Positions 30,551 through 39,801 of a DNA stretch of 64,000 nucleotides are shown in pieces. The notes beneath the pieces were generated by a model. That model worked only from the letters and a program-made list of their open reading frames with translations, ran no database searches and was not told where the DNA came from. Within the stretch, counting starts at the first letter, position 1. Each line of letters starts with the position of its first letter. Source of the stretch: Desulfatiglandales bacterium (lineage in GTDB: Bacteria; Desulfobacterota; DSM-4660; Desulfatiglandales; Desulfatiglandaceae); assembly GCA_963662465.1 (NCBI GenBank), contig OY759599.1, positions 7,136,001 through 7,200,000 on the forward strand, written 5' to 3'. A program made the position numbers and the translations under genes.

Positions 30551-31309
30551 ATGAATTCAACCATAGGCGTTGTGGCGGCGCTTCCTGGTGAGGCAAAGGC
30601 GTTGGTTGGGCGACGGGACTGGCAAGAAGCGGAAGGACTTTTGTATTGCCGATCGTTTTTAAAAGACGGAACCGAGTTGCTGGTGGTCCAGTCCGGTATG
30701 GGAATGGATAATGCCTTTTCCGCCGCCATGTGGCTGGTCGGTAAAAACCTGAGAGCGTTGGGGGGGGTCGGTGTTTCAGGTGGGTTGGATCCGGGGTTGG
30801 GGCCAGGCGACATGGTGTTTGCCGATGCGGTTTTCATGGAGCGGGAAGATGGGGTTTATCGGGTCTGGAAAAGGGATGAGAGTGGTTCTAAAGGGGCATT
30901 GGATGGTTTAGCCGCGAAAGGCGTAACTGCCCGTTGGGGACCGATCGTTACGGTTCGCCGGGCGGTTTTGAATGCCGCGAGTAAAAAGGCGCTTTTTGAC
31001 CGAACAGGAGCGATGGCTGTTGATATGGAGACCGCGGGTGTGGCGCAGGTTGCGAACCAATCAGACCTTCCCTTTTTTGCCGTCCGGGCCGTCTGTGATT
31101 CAGCGGATGTTTCCATCCCTGAAGTCCTCTATCAATGTGTTGATCAGAAAGGCTCTCCCCGGATTTTTTATCTTTTTCGGCTGCTTCTTCGAAGGCCTTT
31201 ACTGCTATCTCATTTATTGCGCATGAAAAGAGATTTTGCCGCGGCCCTTGGTGGTGTGGCGTACGTGCGGCGTTATTTATCAAGTTATGGGGGTGAGGTC
31301 AATGAATGA
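30551..31309 (+). CDS. hpnG: Hopanoid-associated nucleoside phosphorylase (HpnG-like)
   Basis: GVVAALPGEA, GVSGGLDP, AVDMETA, VRAVCD; directly after shc. Confidence 0.8.
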   Translation: MNSTIGVVAALPGEAKALVGRRDWQEAEGLLYCRSFLKDGTELLVVQSGMGMDNAFSAAMWLVGKNLRALGGVGVSGGLDPGLGPGDMVFADAVFMEREDGVYRVWKRDESGSKGALDGLAAKGVTARWGPIVTVRRAVLNAASKKALFDRTGAMAVDMETAGVAQVANQSDLPFFAVRAVCDSADVSIPEVLYQCVDQKGSPRIFYLFRLLLRRPLLLSHLLRMKRDFAAALGGVAYVRRYLSSYGGEVNE

Positions 31310-31580
31310 TGAAAAATACGAGAGGGCAAGAAAAAGAGTTGAGGAACTGAAAAAATTTTATGGGAACCTGATTTCCTATGCTGTTATCAATGTCATGCTG
31401 ATTGTTATCAATCTCCTGACAAGTCCTGATCATTTGTGGTTTTATTGGGTGACCATTTTTTGGGGTCTATCCATTCTGCTTCATGCTTCACGGGTTTTTC
31501 TGGTCAAAGGAAAGCCGCTCGGTAAAGGGTGGGAAGAAAAGAAAATAAAAGAGATCCTGGAAAAGGAAGAAAACCTTTGA
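31302..31580 (+). CDS. 2TM domain-containing membrane protein
   Basis: YERARKRVEELKKFY...WFYWVTIFWG...WEEKKIKE. Confidence 0.85.
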   Translation: MNDEKYERARKRVEELKKFYGNLISYAVINVMLIVINLLTSPDHLWFYWVTIFWGLSILLHASRVFLVKGKPLGKGWEEKKIKEILEKEENL

Positions 31581-31664
31581 AAATGACGGTGTCCTTCATT
31601 CCCTGCTTCTCATCCACCAGCGTCGGAATTTTTGTTTCCCTGAACAGCAAAAAGGAGGATAGCA

Positions 31665-32816
31665 ATGAACAAGTATGTGCCAATAATTTTTTCGGTTATT
31701 CTTTTTCTCATGGTTGTTTTTCCCTGGCAGGCATTGGCGGTCAACATTACGCAAACAAAAGCCGCAATAGGCGAAAGTTGTCAAGCGACGGGGGATAATT
31801 CGACCGCCATGGGCTTGTCTACCAAAGCGATCGGGTTAGTTTCCACAGCCATGGGTAATGGAAGTTTCGCGCAAGGGAACTACTCCACCTCAATGGGCTT
31901 TGGCACTTTTGCAAGCGGGGTAGCTTCTACCGCCATGGGCAATTATGCTATAGCAAGTGGGGGGAGCTCCACAGCTACGGGTTATGACACAGAAGCTGGT
32001 GGTGCAGTTTCCACAGCCATGGGCGCTTCCACCAAGGCCGGTGGTGATTATTCCTTTGCGGCCGGCAAACACATGCAGCTAACCGCCGATGCTCACCACA
32101 CCTTTGTCTGGGGTTATTCCGAATATGACGAACAAGAGCTTAGCGAGCCCAACGCATTCCTTATTTTTCCAGCAGGCACGGCGGGCCATGTGGGAATCGG
32201 CACACCCAGTCCCGTGGAAAGGCTGCATATCCGCGAAAGGTCCGCTACCCTCGGGGCAGCAATACTATTAGACAGTACCGGAGGAACAGGCGGGCGGCAG
32301 TATTATGTTGGGAGTACACTGTCATCGAACATCGGCGGAGCAGGACTGTTTCAAATCTATGATGACACGGCTAACCAGGCCAGGTTCAATATTAACTCAG
32401 TAGGCAATGTCGGCATCGGCACGGCGAGTCCCGATTATACGTTAGAGGTTGCCGGCAATGCCGCCAAGAGTTCGGGAGGCACTACATGGATCAATAGTTC
32501 TGATGAGCGGTTGAAAGATATTACGGGTGAATACAACCGGGGTTTGGATGCCATTATGAACCTGCGACCGGTTACGTTCTTTTATAAGGACAGCAACCCA
32601 AGAGGGCTTCCAACCGAGGAAGAGAATATTGGTTTTATCGCCCAGGAAGTGAGAAAAGTATTTCCGGAGGCAGTAAGTGAGGGAGCCGATGGATACCTCG
32701 ATTTCAACATGCACCCTGTTAATGTAGCGCTTGTAAACGCCGTAAAAGAACTCAAAGCCGAAAACGATGCGCTACGGCAGGAAATCAAGCAAATCAAAGC
32801 GGCACTGGGACTATAG
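31665..32816 (+). CDS. Secreted protein with YadA-head-like repeats and a C-terminal S74-type intramolecular chaperone
   Basis: Signal peptide; about six 14-aa STAMGxxT-type repeats; GNVGIGT motifs; SDERLKDI cleavage motif; GFIAQEV; terminal coiled coil. Confidence 0.85.
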   Translation: MNKYVPIIFSVILFLMVVFPWQALAVNITQTKAAIGESCQATGDNSTAMGLSTKAIGLVSTAMGNGSFAQGNYSTSMGFGTFASGVASTAMGNYAIASGGSSTATGYDTEAGGAVSTAMGASTKAGGDYSFAAGKHMQLTADAHHTFVWGYSEYDEQELSEPNAFLIFPAGTAGHVGIGTPSPVERLHIRERSATLGAAILLDSTGGTGGRQYYVGSTLSSNIGGAGLFQIYDDTANQARFNINSVGNVGIGTASPDYTLEVAGNAAKSSGGTTWINSSDERLKDITGEYNRGLDAIMNLRPVTFFYKDSNPRGLPTEEENIGFIAQEVRKVFPEAVSEGADGYLDFNMHPVNVALVNAVKELKAENDALRQEIKQIKAALGL

Positions 32817-33199
32817 TGGCTGTTTGGGTGGCAAAAAACCTTGCTTGTGCTTTCCAGAAAGGTTGATTTCAAACTCCACAACCTCAGGGTTTTATGAAAG
32901 CGAATTGTGTAAGATTGATCCGGCAATCTTACACGATTTTGGTACTCCCAGGGTGCGGATTAAAACAAGTTGTTTTTTTGGTATAGTCAATGTATCACAG
33001 GTTGAACGTTGAAAGCCTGAATACAATATATGGTGTCCGCCGCATTTTTTTCGAATCGGGACTTTCGTTTGCAATCTGACGGGACCTTTATATAATATTG
33101 AGGGCTAAATATTATTTCTATTCTTATCTATTCTTAAATCTCACATTTGATGTTCCATCAGCGTTCTATTGATGCATCAGGAGGCTCTATGGAAGGGCA

Positions 33200-33625
33200 T
33201 CAAAACCCATAGGGCGTTGAATGTCCTTTGGGTATTTTTCGTTGTCGTTGACGACCTAAGGAGCCCTCTTCTTGTGCAGGGGTGGCTTCTTTTCCGATGC
33301 TTTGCCACCCGTCTTGGGTAGCGGGTTCGGATTTCGGCGCTGGCTCTGCGGGTGGCTGTGTGGCGATGGTCATGGCCTGTTTCATAGCCCCATCCAATTC
33401 CGTCTGATCCTGACCTGACATGATAACCTCGCCGACCGCACCGGCGTCGCGGGCGGCCTGTGCCATTTCCTGCAGCATTTGTTTTGCTTTGGCATTTTGT
33501 TCAATGTCGTACCCTACTGCCACCACATTGATCAGGTTCCGTTTTACGGGTTGTTCGGCCAGGGCGTTGACGGCACAGATACCGGTTATCGCAATCGAAA
33601 ATAGCCATGCATGTATGGTTTTCAT
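33200..33625 (-). CDS. Small secreted protein resembling the C-terminal part of a vWA domain
   Basis: AAGGAGG RBS; signal peptide ending ALA; INVVAVGYD...LQEMAQAA...ELDGAMKQA. Confidence 0.75.
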   Translation of the reverse strand: MKTIHAWLFSIAITGICAVNALAEQPVKRNLINVVAVGYDIEQNAKAKQMLQEMAQAARDAGAVGEVIMSGQDQTELDGAMKQAMTIATQPPAEPAPKSEPATQDGWQSIGKEATPAQEEGSLGRQRQRKIPKGHSTPYGF

Positions 33626-33634
33626 GTTTCCTCC

Positions 33635-35452
33635 TTACCAGTTTACGGTCATGTCGTTCAGTCGGCGGACCTCTTCCGGTGGGTTGCCGCCCCCCGTTTC
33701 TTCACCGTCCGAAAGCACAATCAAAGTGAGTTTTTGGCCGCGGGCGTTTCGTCGCATATAAGCACCGGCCTCCCGTATGCCGGCCGCCAGCGGCGTGCCG
33801 CCATCGGCATTGATGCCGTCAACGGCAGCCTGAGCGCGCTCACGGCCAGCGGAATTCATCGGCGCAAAAGCTGATTTTACGGCATTGCCGCTGAACGCAA
33901 TCACCGCCAATTCGGTATCGGATCCCAGACCGGCGATTTGCCGATTGGCAGTCGCCTTGGCATTCGCAATCTTGGTCCCTTTCATACTGCCGGAGGCATC
34001 GATGAGTATCACAACCGAGTTCGCGATGGGCCCGCCGGAAACGTCAGTTGCGGATGCATTGTCGCCATCCGGGGCGGCATAGCGGAACCCCTTCGCTTCG
34101 AAAATATATTTATTGTAATAGAACTTCGTGCTTTGGAATTGAATCTGATCACCAACCTTTCGGATATTAAAGCGCCCCTTTCTGGCTTCCGGGTTTGAGC
34201 CGGGCCACAATATATGGCCAGCGCAGTCGCCCTGGATCTGGCCACCGTCTTCCCAGCCCCCCATGAGTTTTCCCGTCAATTGCATCCGCGCACCCGGTAA
34301 TCGTACATTGGATTGCATAACATACGGGGCATAAAGCTCGCCGGTCACCTGTGCGCCCTTGAATGTGAGCGACAAGGTCGCCTTCAGGTTGAAATCCACC
34401 TCAACGTATCCCTTGTATGAGACTTGAGATACTTGAGCGGCGCCGCCGGACTCGGCGGATACCTTTACCGCACGGGCATCGACTAAAATTATCCGTGTTT
34501 TATCAGCGCCCATCACCCAAGGCGGCGGTGCGCCGGACGAAGGCTGTCCCAGGGGTGTCGACACCGGGTCGCCACTACCCGGCACCGGGGTGCTGGCCCC
34601 AGCGGATGCCGGACTTGGTGAAATATGATAATCCAACCGATCCATCTGCCCGGACGCAGCTTGGTTTTCCACGGATGCCATTTGGATATTCCCGACATTC
34701 AAGTTGAGGCAGTTATCATGATTTAGATCAACCAAATATCTGTGAATCGGCCATAAATCCTCCATCACTGAATCTACCCGGCCAACATTGTCGGAAGGCT
34801 TTCGCACAAAAACCTCATAACGATCCACGGAGAGCATATTGTCAGCTGTGATCACAAACCGGCCGTCGCTCTTGGTGCGCCAGTTGCGGCGTTTCAAGCC
34901 GCTCCTTTCGCCGTGCAACTCGACCATCGCTCCCGCCACGCCTTCCCCGGTTCCGCGCATCACCGCGCGTCCGGTGATCACCGCTCGAGGGAGGTCAGGC
35001 AACGTCGGAGAGGCACCCGCTGAATCTTCATTGACGATGAGCGACCACGTACAGATGACGCAAAACCTTCCTGTTTTTCCATTTTCCATCATGGTCCCGC
35101 AGCGTCGGCCCATAACATATCCGACCCCGGGTCCTGCGGCCCGAATCGTGACCGATGTGGCGCCCTTTGTAGTCAACTCGCCGGGATAGCTGACATAAAA
35201 CTGTGCCTCCGGGTCCCAGCTCAAGATTTTGCCTTGCATCTGTTTTTGCGTACCCTGAAAATAAAATGGGCCTGTTGTCGAAAAGTAAAAGGTCTTGGTT
35301 TCATCGGGTTTGAGCGCAATCCGCCCCACAACCGTCCCCGCTTGACCCGCTGGCACGCGCTCCCCACGCGGCGTTTCTCCCTGAGCTTGGAGCGGCACCC
35401 AAACCAGCCACAGAAGACATATCCATAATAAAGCCCGCAACGTTGTTTTCAT
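33635..35452 (-). CDS. Secreted multidomain protein with a C-terminal, incomplete vWA domain
   Basis: Signal peptide; MIDAS residues DASGS, GGTP, LSDG; ends MTVNW. Confidence 0.85.
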   Translation of the reverse strand: MKTTLRALLWICLLWLVWVPLQAQGETPRGERVPAGQAGTVVGRIALKPDETKTFYFSTTGPFYFQGTQKQMQGKILSWDPEAQFYVSYPGELTTKGATSVTIRAAGPGVGYVMGRRCGTMMENGKTGRFCVICTWSLIVNEDSAGASPTLPDLPRAVITGRAVMRGTGEGVAGAMVELHGERSGLKRRNWRTKSDGRFVITADNMLSVDRYEVFVRKPSDNVGRVDSVMEDLWPIHRYLVDLNHDNCLNLNVGNIQMASVENQAASGQMDRLDYHISPSPASAGASTPVPGSGDPVSTPLGQPSSGAPPPWVMGADKTRIILVDARAVKVSAESGGAAQVSQVSYKGYVEVDFNLKATLSLTFKGAQVTGELYAPYVMQSNVRLPGARMQLTGKLMGGWEDGGQIQGDCAGHILWPGSNPEARKGRFNIRKVGDQIQFQSTKFYYNKYIFEAKGFRYAAPDGDNASATDVSGGPIANSVVILIDASGSMKGTKIANAKATANRQIAGLGSDTELAVIAFSGNAVKSAFAPMNSAGRERAQAAVDGINADGGTPLAAGIREAGAYMRRNARGQKLTLIVLSDGEETGGGNPPEEVRRLNDMTVNW

Positions 35453-35761
35453 GGGTTTCTCCTTATGCCAAGAGGTGAGATGATAAGAACTAACTTTTTG
35501 GTGAGAGAGTAACGAAAATGGATTTGGGCGTCAAGGAAAAACGGTCCACAAAATCTATTGTTAAGGCAACCGTAATGCAAATAAATAATTAGAATTGTTT
35601 GGCTTTATTTCAAATAGCTTTTTGCCATGTTGAAATTATCCTTTCATCTTTTCCAAAAAATCTTTGAATCAAGGATTCAACGGATCAGCAATTCCATGCA
35701 ATACTTTGTATTTTTTGGGCTGAAAATCGTTGTTTCATGAACAAAATACCTTTTTTTAAGA

Positions 35762-35797
35762 CCGAGGCAGCGTGTGCACTGCCCCGGCTTGTTTTTT
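35762..35797. terminator. Hairpin, possible terminator downstream of the rnfB-fusion gene
   Basis: CCGAGGCAG...CTGCCCCGG stem with T/A runs nearby. Confidence 0.45.
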
Positions 35798-35800
35798 GAA

Positions 35801-37903
35801 TCAGCCTGCGCTTGCCTGATTGCAGGATGCCGCTTCCGATTCCACATCCATACTGTAACAGGTAATGCCGCAAGAGAGGCATCTTCTGCTTTCTTCTAAC
35901 GCCTGTTCCTCTGTAAGGACTTGATCCACTTCCACAAAGGAGTGGATTCTTTCATCGGGAGGCAACTCCTCCATGGGGGATCTGGGTTTCTTGACAATGC
36001 CAATCACATGGTCCATGTCCGACTCAGGGATAAGGCCTTTGCCCAGTTCCCTGGGTGAAGCCTTCACTTCCTCATTCATGACATACTGGTGGATCGACCT
36101 GGCTGCCCGTCTGCCGCCGCCGATGGCGGTTACCACCAGGGCAGGACCCGTGGCCGAATCGCCGCCCGCAAAGAGGTAGGGGATATTGGTTTGCAGCGTC
36201 TTGGGATCGGCATCTATCGTATTCCGGCGGGTGGTTTTCAACTCGGCCAGGCGTTTCTGATCCCGTTCTACAAACGATACGTCCGGGGCCTGTCCGATGG
36301 CGGTAATGATCATATCCGTCTGCAGCCGTGTTTCCGACCCTTCGATGGGAACGGGGCGCCGTCTGCCGCTGGCATCCGGTTCACCCAATTCCATTTTCAG
36401 GTATTCCAGATGGGTACAGTGCCCTTTATCATCGCTCACCACTTCCTTGGGCGCCGTCAGGAAAATGAATTCCACGCCTTCCTCATCCGCCGCTTCGACC
36501 TCAACCGGGTTGGCGGGCATCTCTTTTCGGGTTCTTCGATACGCCAGGTAGACCTTTTTGACGCCATAGCGAAGGAGGTTTCGGGTACAGTCGATGGCGG
36601 TGTTTCCTCCACCGACGACCACCGCTGTTTCTCCCATGGGAAGCTTTTCGCCGCCTGCCAGACGGGAAAGAAAATCAATGCCCGTGTAGCACCCTTCCAG
36701 GTTCTCGCCTTCTACGCGCAACAGGGAGTCTTTCCAGGCTCCGATCCCCATGAAAATGGCATCATAACCGGCTGCCACAAGAGATGTCAGGTCAAAATCC
36801 ACACCGAATTTCACCCGGGTATGACATTCAATCCCCAGATTGAGGATGCCTTCAATTTCCCAGTCCACGATCTTTTTGGGAAGGCGGTATTCGGGGATGC
36901 CGTAACGGATCATGCCGCCCAGTTTGGGCATGGCTTCGTATATGGTGACCTCGTGGCCCATTCGGCGAAGGAAAAAGGCGCAGCTCAATCCCGCGGGACC
37001 TCCGCCGACGACAGCGATCTTTTTGTTGGTGAGCGGCGCCACGGAAATGGGAAACCGTTTGCCCGAATTCATCTCATAGTCGGCTGCAAAGCGTTTCAAC
37101 TGGTTGATGGAAACCGGCTCGTCTTCTATGCCTCTGCGGCAGTTTGTTTCACAGGGATGGGGACATACCCTGCCGCAGGAGAGGAGCAGGGGGTTGCGTT
37201 CTCGGATTGTATGGACGGCGCCCTCGTAATCCCCTTTTCGAATCTGAGCAATGTAGAGTGGGATGTTGATCTGTGCCGGGCAGGTTTGTCGGCATGGCGC
37301 CAGGCAGTCTCCTTCCTCGTTAAAGTGAAGCAGCCGTTCCGAGGGGGTTTTAACCTTTAAGATGTTTTTCGGGCAGGTCCGTTCGCAGGCGCCGCAGCCC
37401 ACACATTTTTCCTCGTCCACAACGGGGAACCCCTCAGGTCCTATTTTCAGGGCGCCAAACAGACAGGCCCTTACGCAGTCGCCGTAACCGAGACACCCGA
37501 TATCGCATTGGCGTTTGCCGTCGTCCAACATCATCTGTGCCCGGCATGAGGGGATGCCCTCGTAAAGATACCTTAGCGGCGCCCGATTTCCCCCGGTACA
37601 GGGGTTCGAGCAAGTGGCTGCTTCCGCAACACCGCCTGCCATTCCCATGATCGCCGCAACGGCTTTGGTAGATTCTTCCCCCCCGACGATGCAAACATTG
37701 GCGGGCGCATCTCCCTGGACCACGGCAACCGCCGCGGCTGAACATCCCGCAAACCCGCATCCGCCGCAATTGGCGCCGGCCAGACAATCTTCCACCTGCC
37801 CGATTCTCGGGTCTTCATAAACGTAAAAAATTTTGGATGCGAGGCTCAGAACAATACCTAATACCGCTCCCAGACCACACATAACAAGCAAGGCTGGAAC
37901 CAT
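35801..37903 (-). CDS. RnfB-like membrane-anchored polyferredoxin fused to a GltD/NfnB-like FAD/NAD(P)-binding oxidoreductase
   Basis: N-terminal hydrophobic helix, LAGANCGGCGFAGC, CLGYGDCVRAC, CVGCGACERTCP; then CGRVCPHPCE, GGGPAG, GGGNTAID; AGGAG RBS. Confidence 0.9.
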   Translation of the reverse strand: MVPALLVMCGLGAVLGIVLSLASKIFYVYEDPRIGQVEDCLAGANCGGCGFAGCSAAAVAVVQGDAPANVCIVGGEESTKAVAAIMGMAGGVAEAATCSNPCTGGNRAPLRYLYEGIPSCRAQMMLDDGKRQCDIGCLGYGDCVRACLFGALKIGPEGFPVVDEEKCVGCGACERTCPKNILKVKTPSERLLHFNEEGDCLAPCRQTCPAQINIPLYIAQIRKGDYEGAVHTIRERNPLLLSCGRVCPHPCETNCRRGIEDEPVSINQLKRFAADYEMNSGKRFPISVAPLTNKKIAVVGGGPAGLSCAFFLRRMGHEVTIYEAMPKLGGMIRYGIPEYRLPKKIVDWEIEGILNLGIECHTRVKFGVDFDLTSLVAAGYDAIFMGIGAWKDSLLRVEGENLEGCYTGIDFLSRLAGGEKLPMGETAVVVGGGNTAIDCTRNLLRYGVKKVYLAYRRTRKEMPANPVEVEAADEEGVEFIFLTAPKEVVSDDKGHCTHLEYLKMELGEPDASGRRRPVPIEGSETRLQTDMIITAIGQAPDVSFVERDQKRLAELKTTRRNTIDADPKTLQTNIPYLFAGGDSATGPALVVTAIGGGRRAARSIHQYVMNEEVKASPRELGKGLIPESDMDHVIGIVKKPRSPMEELPPDERIHSFVEVDQVLTEEQALEESRRCLSCGITCYSMDVESEAASCNQASAG

Positions 37904-38118
37904 TATGAACTCCTCCAATAGGCTGGGCGGAAAAATTTGTAATTTATTCATTGCCGGCGGGGGCCGCCCACAAATACCCCTCAAGGCGATTTTGGAATTT
38001 GAAACCTTAAAGCATAAAATTGAAGAAAACGCAGGGGAAAACCTATCTATCCCACTTTCAACACATATAGGAAAACAGGGTTCATATGTCAACCACAAAG
38101 CGGTTTTGAAATTTAAAG

Positions 38119-38146
38119 GTAGAGACAAGGCATGCCTTGTCTCCGC
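38119..38146. repeat. REP-like palindrome (GTAG type), imperfect copy
   Basis: GTAGAGACAAGGCATGCCTTGTCTCCGC. Confidence 0.8.
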
Positions 38147-38215
38147 AAGAGGCATGCTTTGTATCAACAATAAGGAATTTGAGAACACGGAAAGCAGGGG
38201 GGGGGTAACACGGGC

Positions 38216-39247
38216 CTATTCATATTTTCGATCGGTTTTGAAAACGGAAGGAACATCGAAGCAGTCCTGGATGGTTTTAATGGCGCTTTCCAGGTGCGAT
38301 GATAAAACAACCCCTGTAATGGAAGCAATGGTGCAGCTCAATCCCATAAGATTAACCCCGTTTGTTTCCAGGGCCGTCAAAAGGTCCCTGACGATGCCGT
38401 AACGATCTCCGAAATGGGGGCCATTCATGGAGAATGTGCCGACGGATTTGCGCGTTTCGATTTTTGATTGGGGAACTGAACGAGCAATGGTTTCTTTGTT
38501 GGAGTTCCTTTCGGTCATGGGCAAACAAAACGTTATGGCGCCGAGTTGCCCTTGTGAGCGGCTTGCGGCCAGGAAGGTAAGATCAAGTCCTTGCCGGGAA
38601 AAGGCTTCAAAGGCAATGTTCAGTACTCCCATGTTTGAATGCGCCAGGGCGATCCGCAACAACTCTTGCCGGTCCTGGTATTCAAGTCCGTATACTTTTG
38701 GGCGTTTTTCCTGGTAGGACGCGACGACTTCCTTGTAAAGTTTTTCTTTGCCCTTCTGAGCCAGTTTCCAGTCTTCAGGCGTTCGATAAGCGCTGAAAGC
38801 AAAGGGACCAAAAAGGGAACGGCCGGCGCGGGCCAGTACCTGCTCGTCAAGTATCACCGAAATAGCCGATGGTGAATGGGCCATGACGTCCGGGTGGATG
38901 CCTTCGCGGTCAAAGGCTTCAAAAAGGGCGCCGGCGATGGCTGGCTTTTTTCGGTGGGGAAATATGGAAAGGATGGCTGTGTTTGACCGCTGAATGAGAT
39001 TTTGCTCAAGGGCTTTCTGAATGAGACCGCTTGCCGTGCGGGCGTCTCCGGTTTCCACCACCAAATCGATGATCCACCCATCCGAATTGTTCCGGACGCA
39101 GGTGACGTAGGGTAGGTTGATGTGATGTTCCGCAAGGATGCGAAATAACGCCGCGGGCGACAGCCTGTCCGGCATAAAGGGCGCTGGCGAGATGAGCGAC
39201 ACCTCCTTTAAAATTTTGAATCCTCCCAGCTTTTCCTGAGTGACCAT
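38216..39247 (-). CDS. Stand-alone multi-ACT-domain protein (aspartokinase regulatory-domain-like)
   Basis: Repeated beta-alpha-beta units (LFRILAEHHINL; AGALFEAFDREGIHP..HSPSAISVIL; GPHFGDRYGIV); no kinase domain. Confidence 0.65.
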   Translation of the reverse strand: MVTQEKLGGFKILKEVSLISPAPFMPDRLSPAALFRILAEHHINLPYVTCVRNNSDGWIIDLVVETGDARTASGLIQKALEQNLIQRSNTAILSIFPHRKKPAIAGALFEAFDREGIHPDVMAHSPSAISVILDEQVLARAGRSLFGPFAFSAYRTPEDWKLAQKGKEKLYKEVVASYQEKRPKVYGLEYQDRQELLRIALAHSNMGVLNIAFEAFSRQGLDLTFLAASRSQGQLGAITFCLPMTERNSNKETIARSVPQSKIETRKSVGTFSMNGPHFGDRYGIVRDLLTALETNGVNLMGLSCTIASITGVVLSSHLESAIKTIQDCFDVPSVFKTDRKYE

Positions 39248-39270
39248 GAAAATCCCATTTAAGGGGGGGG

Positions 39271-39298
39271 GTAGAGACAAGGCATGCCTTGTCTCTAC
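39271..39298. repeat. REP-like perfect 28-bp palindrome
   Basis: GTAGAGACAAGGCATGCCTTGTCTCTAC. Confidence 0.85.
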
Positions 39299-39307
39299 GG
39301 CATTTTT

Positions 39308-39688
39308 TTAAAATAGATTGGTGACCACTTCCCACAACCCTTCCGTATCAATGGGTTTGGCAATATAGTCATCCGCTTCGGTGGACATGCCGTCGGCATG
39401 GGTGTAGGTGGTGGTGGGTACGGCTTCCCCCACGGCGGTCAAAAGAACCACCGGGATGGTCGCCGTCTCAGCGTTCGCTTTCAGTTCGGCGCAGAGTACA
39501 TACCCATCCTTTCGGGGCATCATGACATCGAGAACAACCAGGTCGGGACGTCGTTCTTTTATGGACGCTTCTCCTTCCACGCCGTCATAGGCTCTGCCCA
39601 CCTCACATCCTTTGCTTTCCAGCATCATGGCCACGGTTTCCACCAGATCAGGATCATCATCAACCACCAGTACATATTTCTTATCCAT
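39308..39688 (-). CDS. Single-domain response regulator
   Basis: VLVVDDD, LDVMMP, LLTA, YIAKP. Confidence 0.92.
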   Translation of the reverse strand: MDKKYVLVVDDDPDLVETVAMMLESKGCEVGRAYDGVEGEASIKERRPDLVVLDVMMPRKDGYVLCAELKANAETATIPVVLLTAVGEAVPTTTYTHADGMSTEADDYIAKPIDTEGLWEVVTNLF

Positions 39689-39801
39689 AACGAAACCTCC
39701 TTCCACTGATTATTGTTAAATGCGCGCATTTACATCGATGCCGCATATTTTTGGCTGTTGCCGATTCTTTTGTTAAAGAGGCGGCATCAGCTTGTTTATT
39801 C

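Noticed and set aside
31665..32816. Prophage tail-fibre gene indicating a prophage
   Set aside because: It has a signal peptide, and there are no capsid, terminase or integrase neighbours
36089..37360. 423-aa plus-strand ORF and similar long antisense ORFs (e.g. 44815-45582, 20568-21269)
   Set aside because: Shadow frames opposite well-conserved genes, with no motifs or RBS
37904..38188. 95-aa N-terminal extension of the rnfB-fusion ORF
   Set aside because: It runs through intergenic DNA and a REP palindrome; the RBS and RnfB similarity point to ATG 37903
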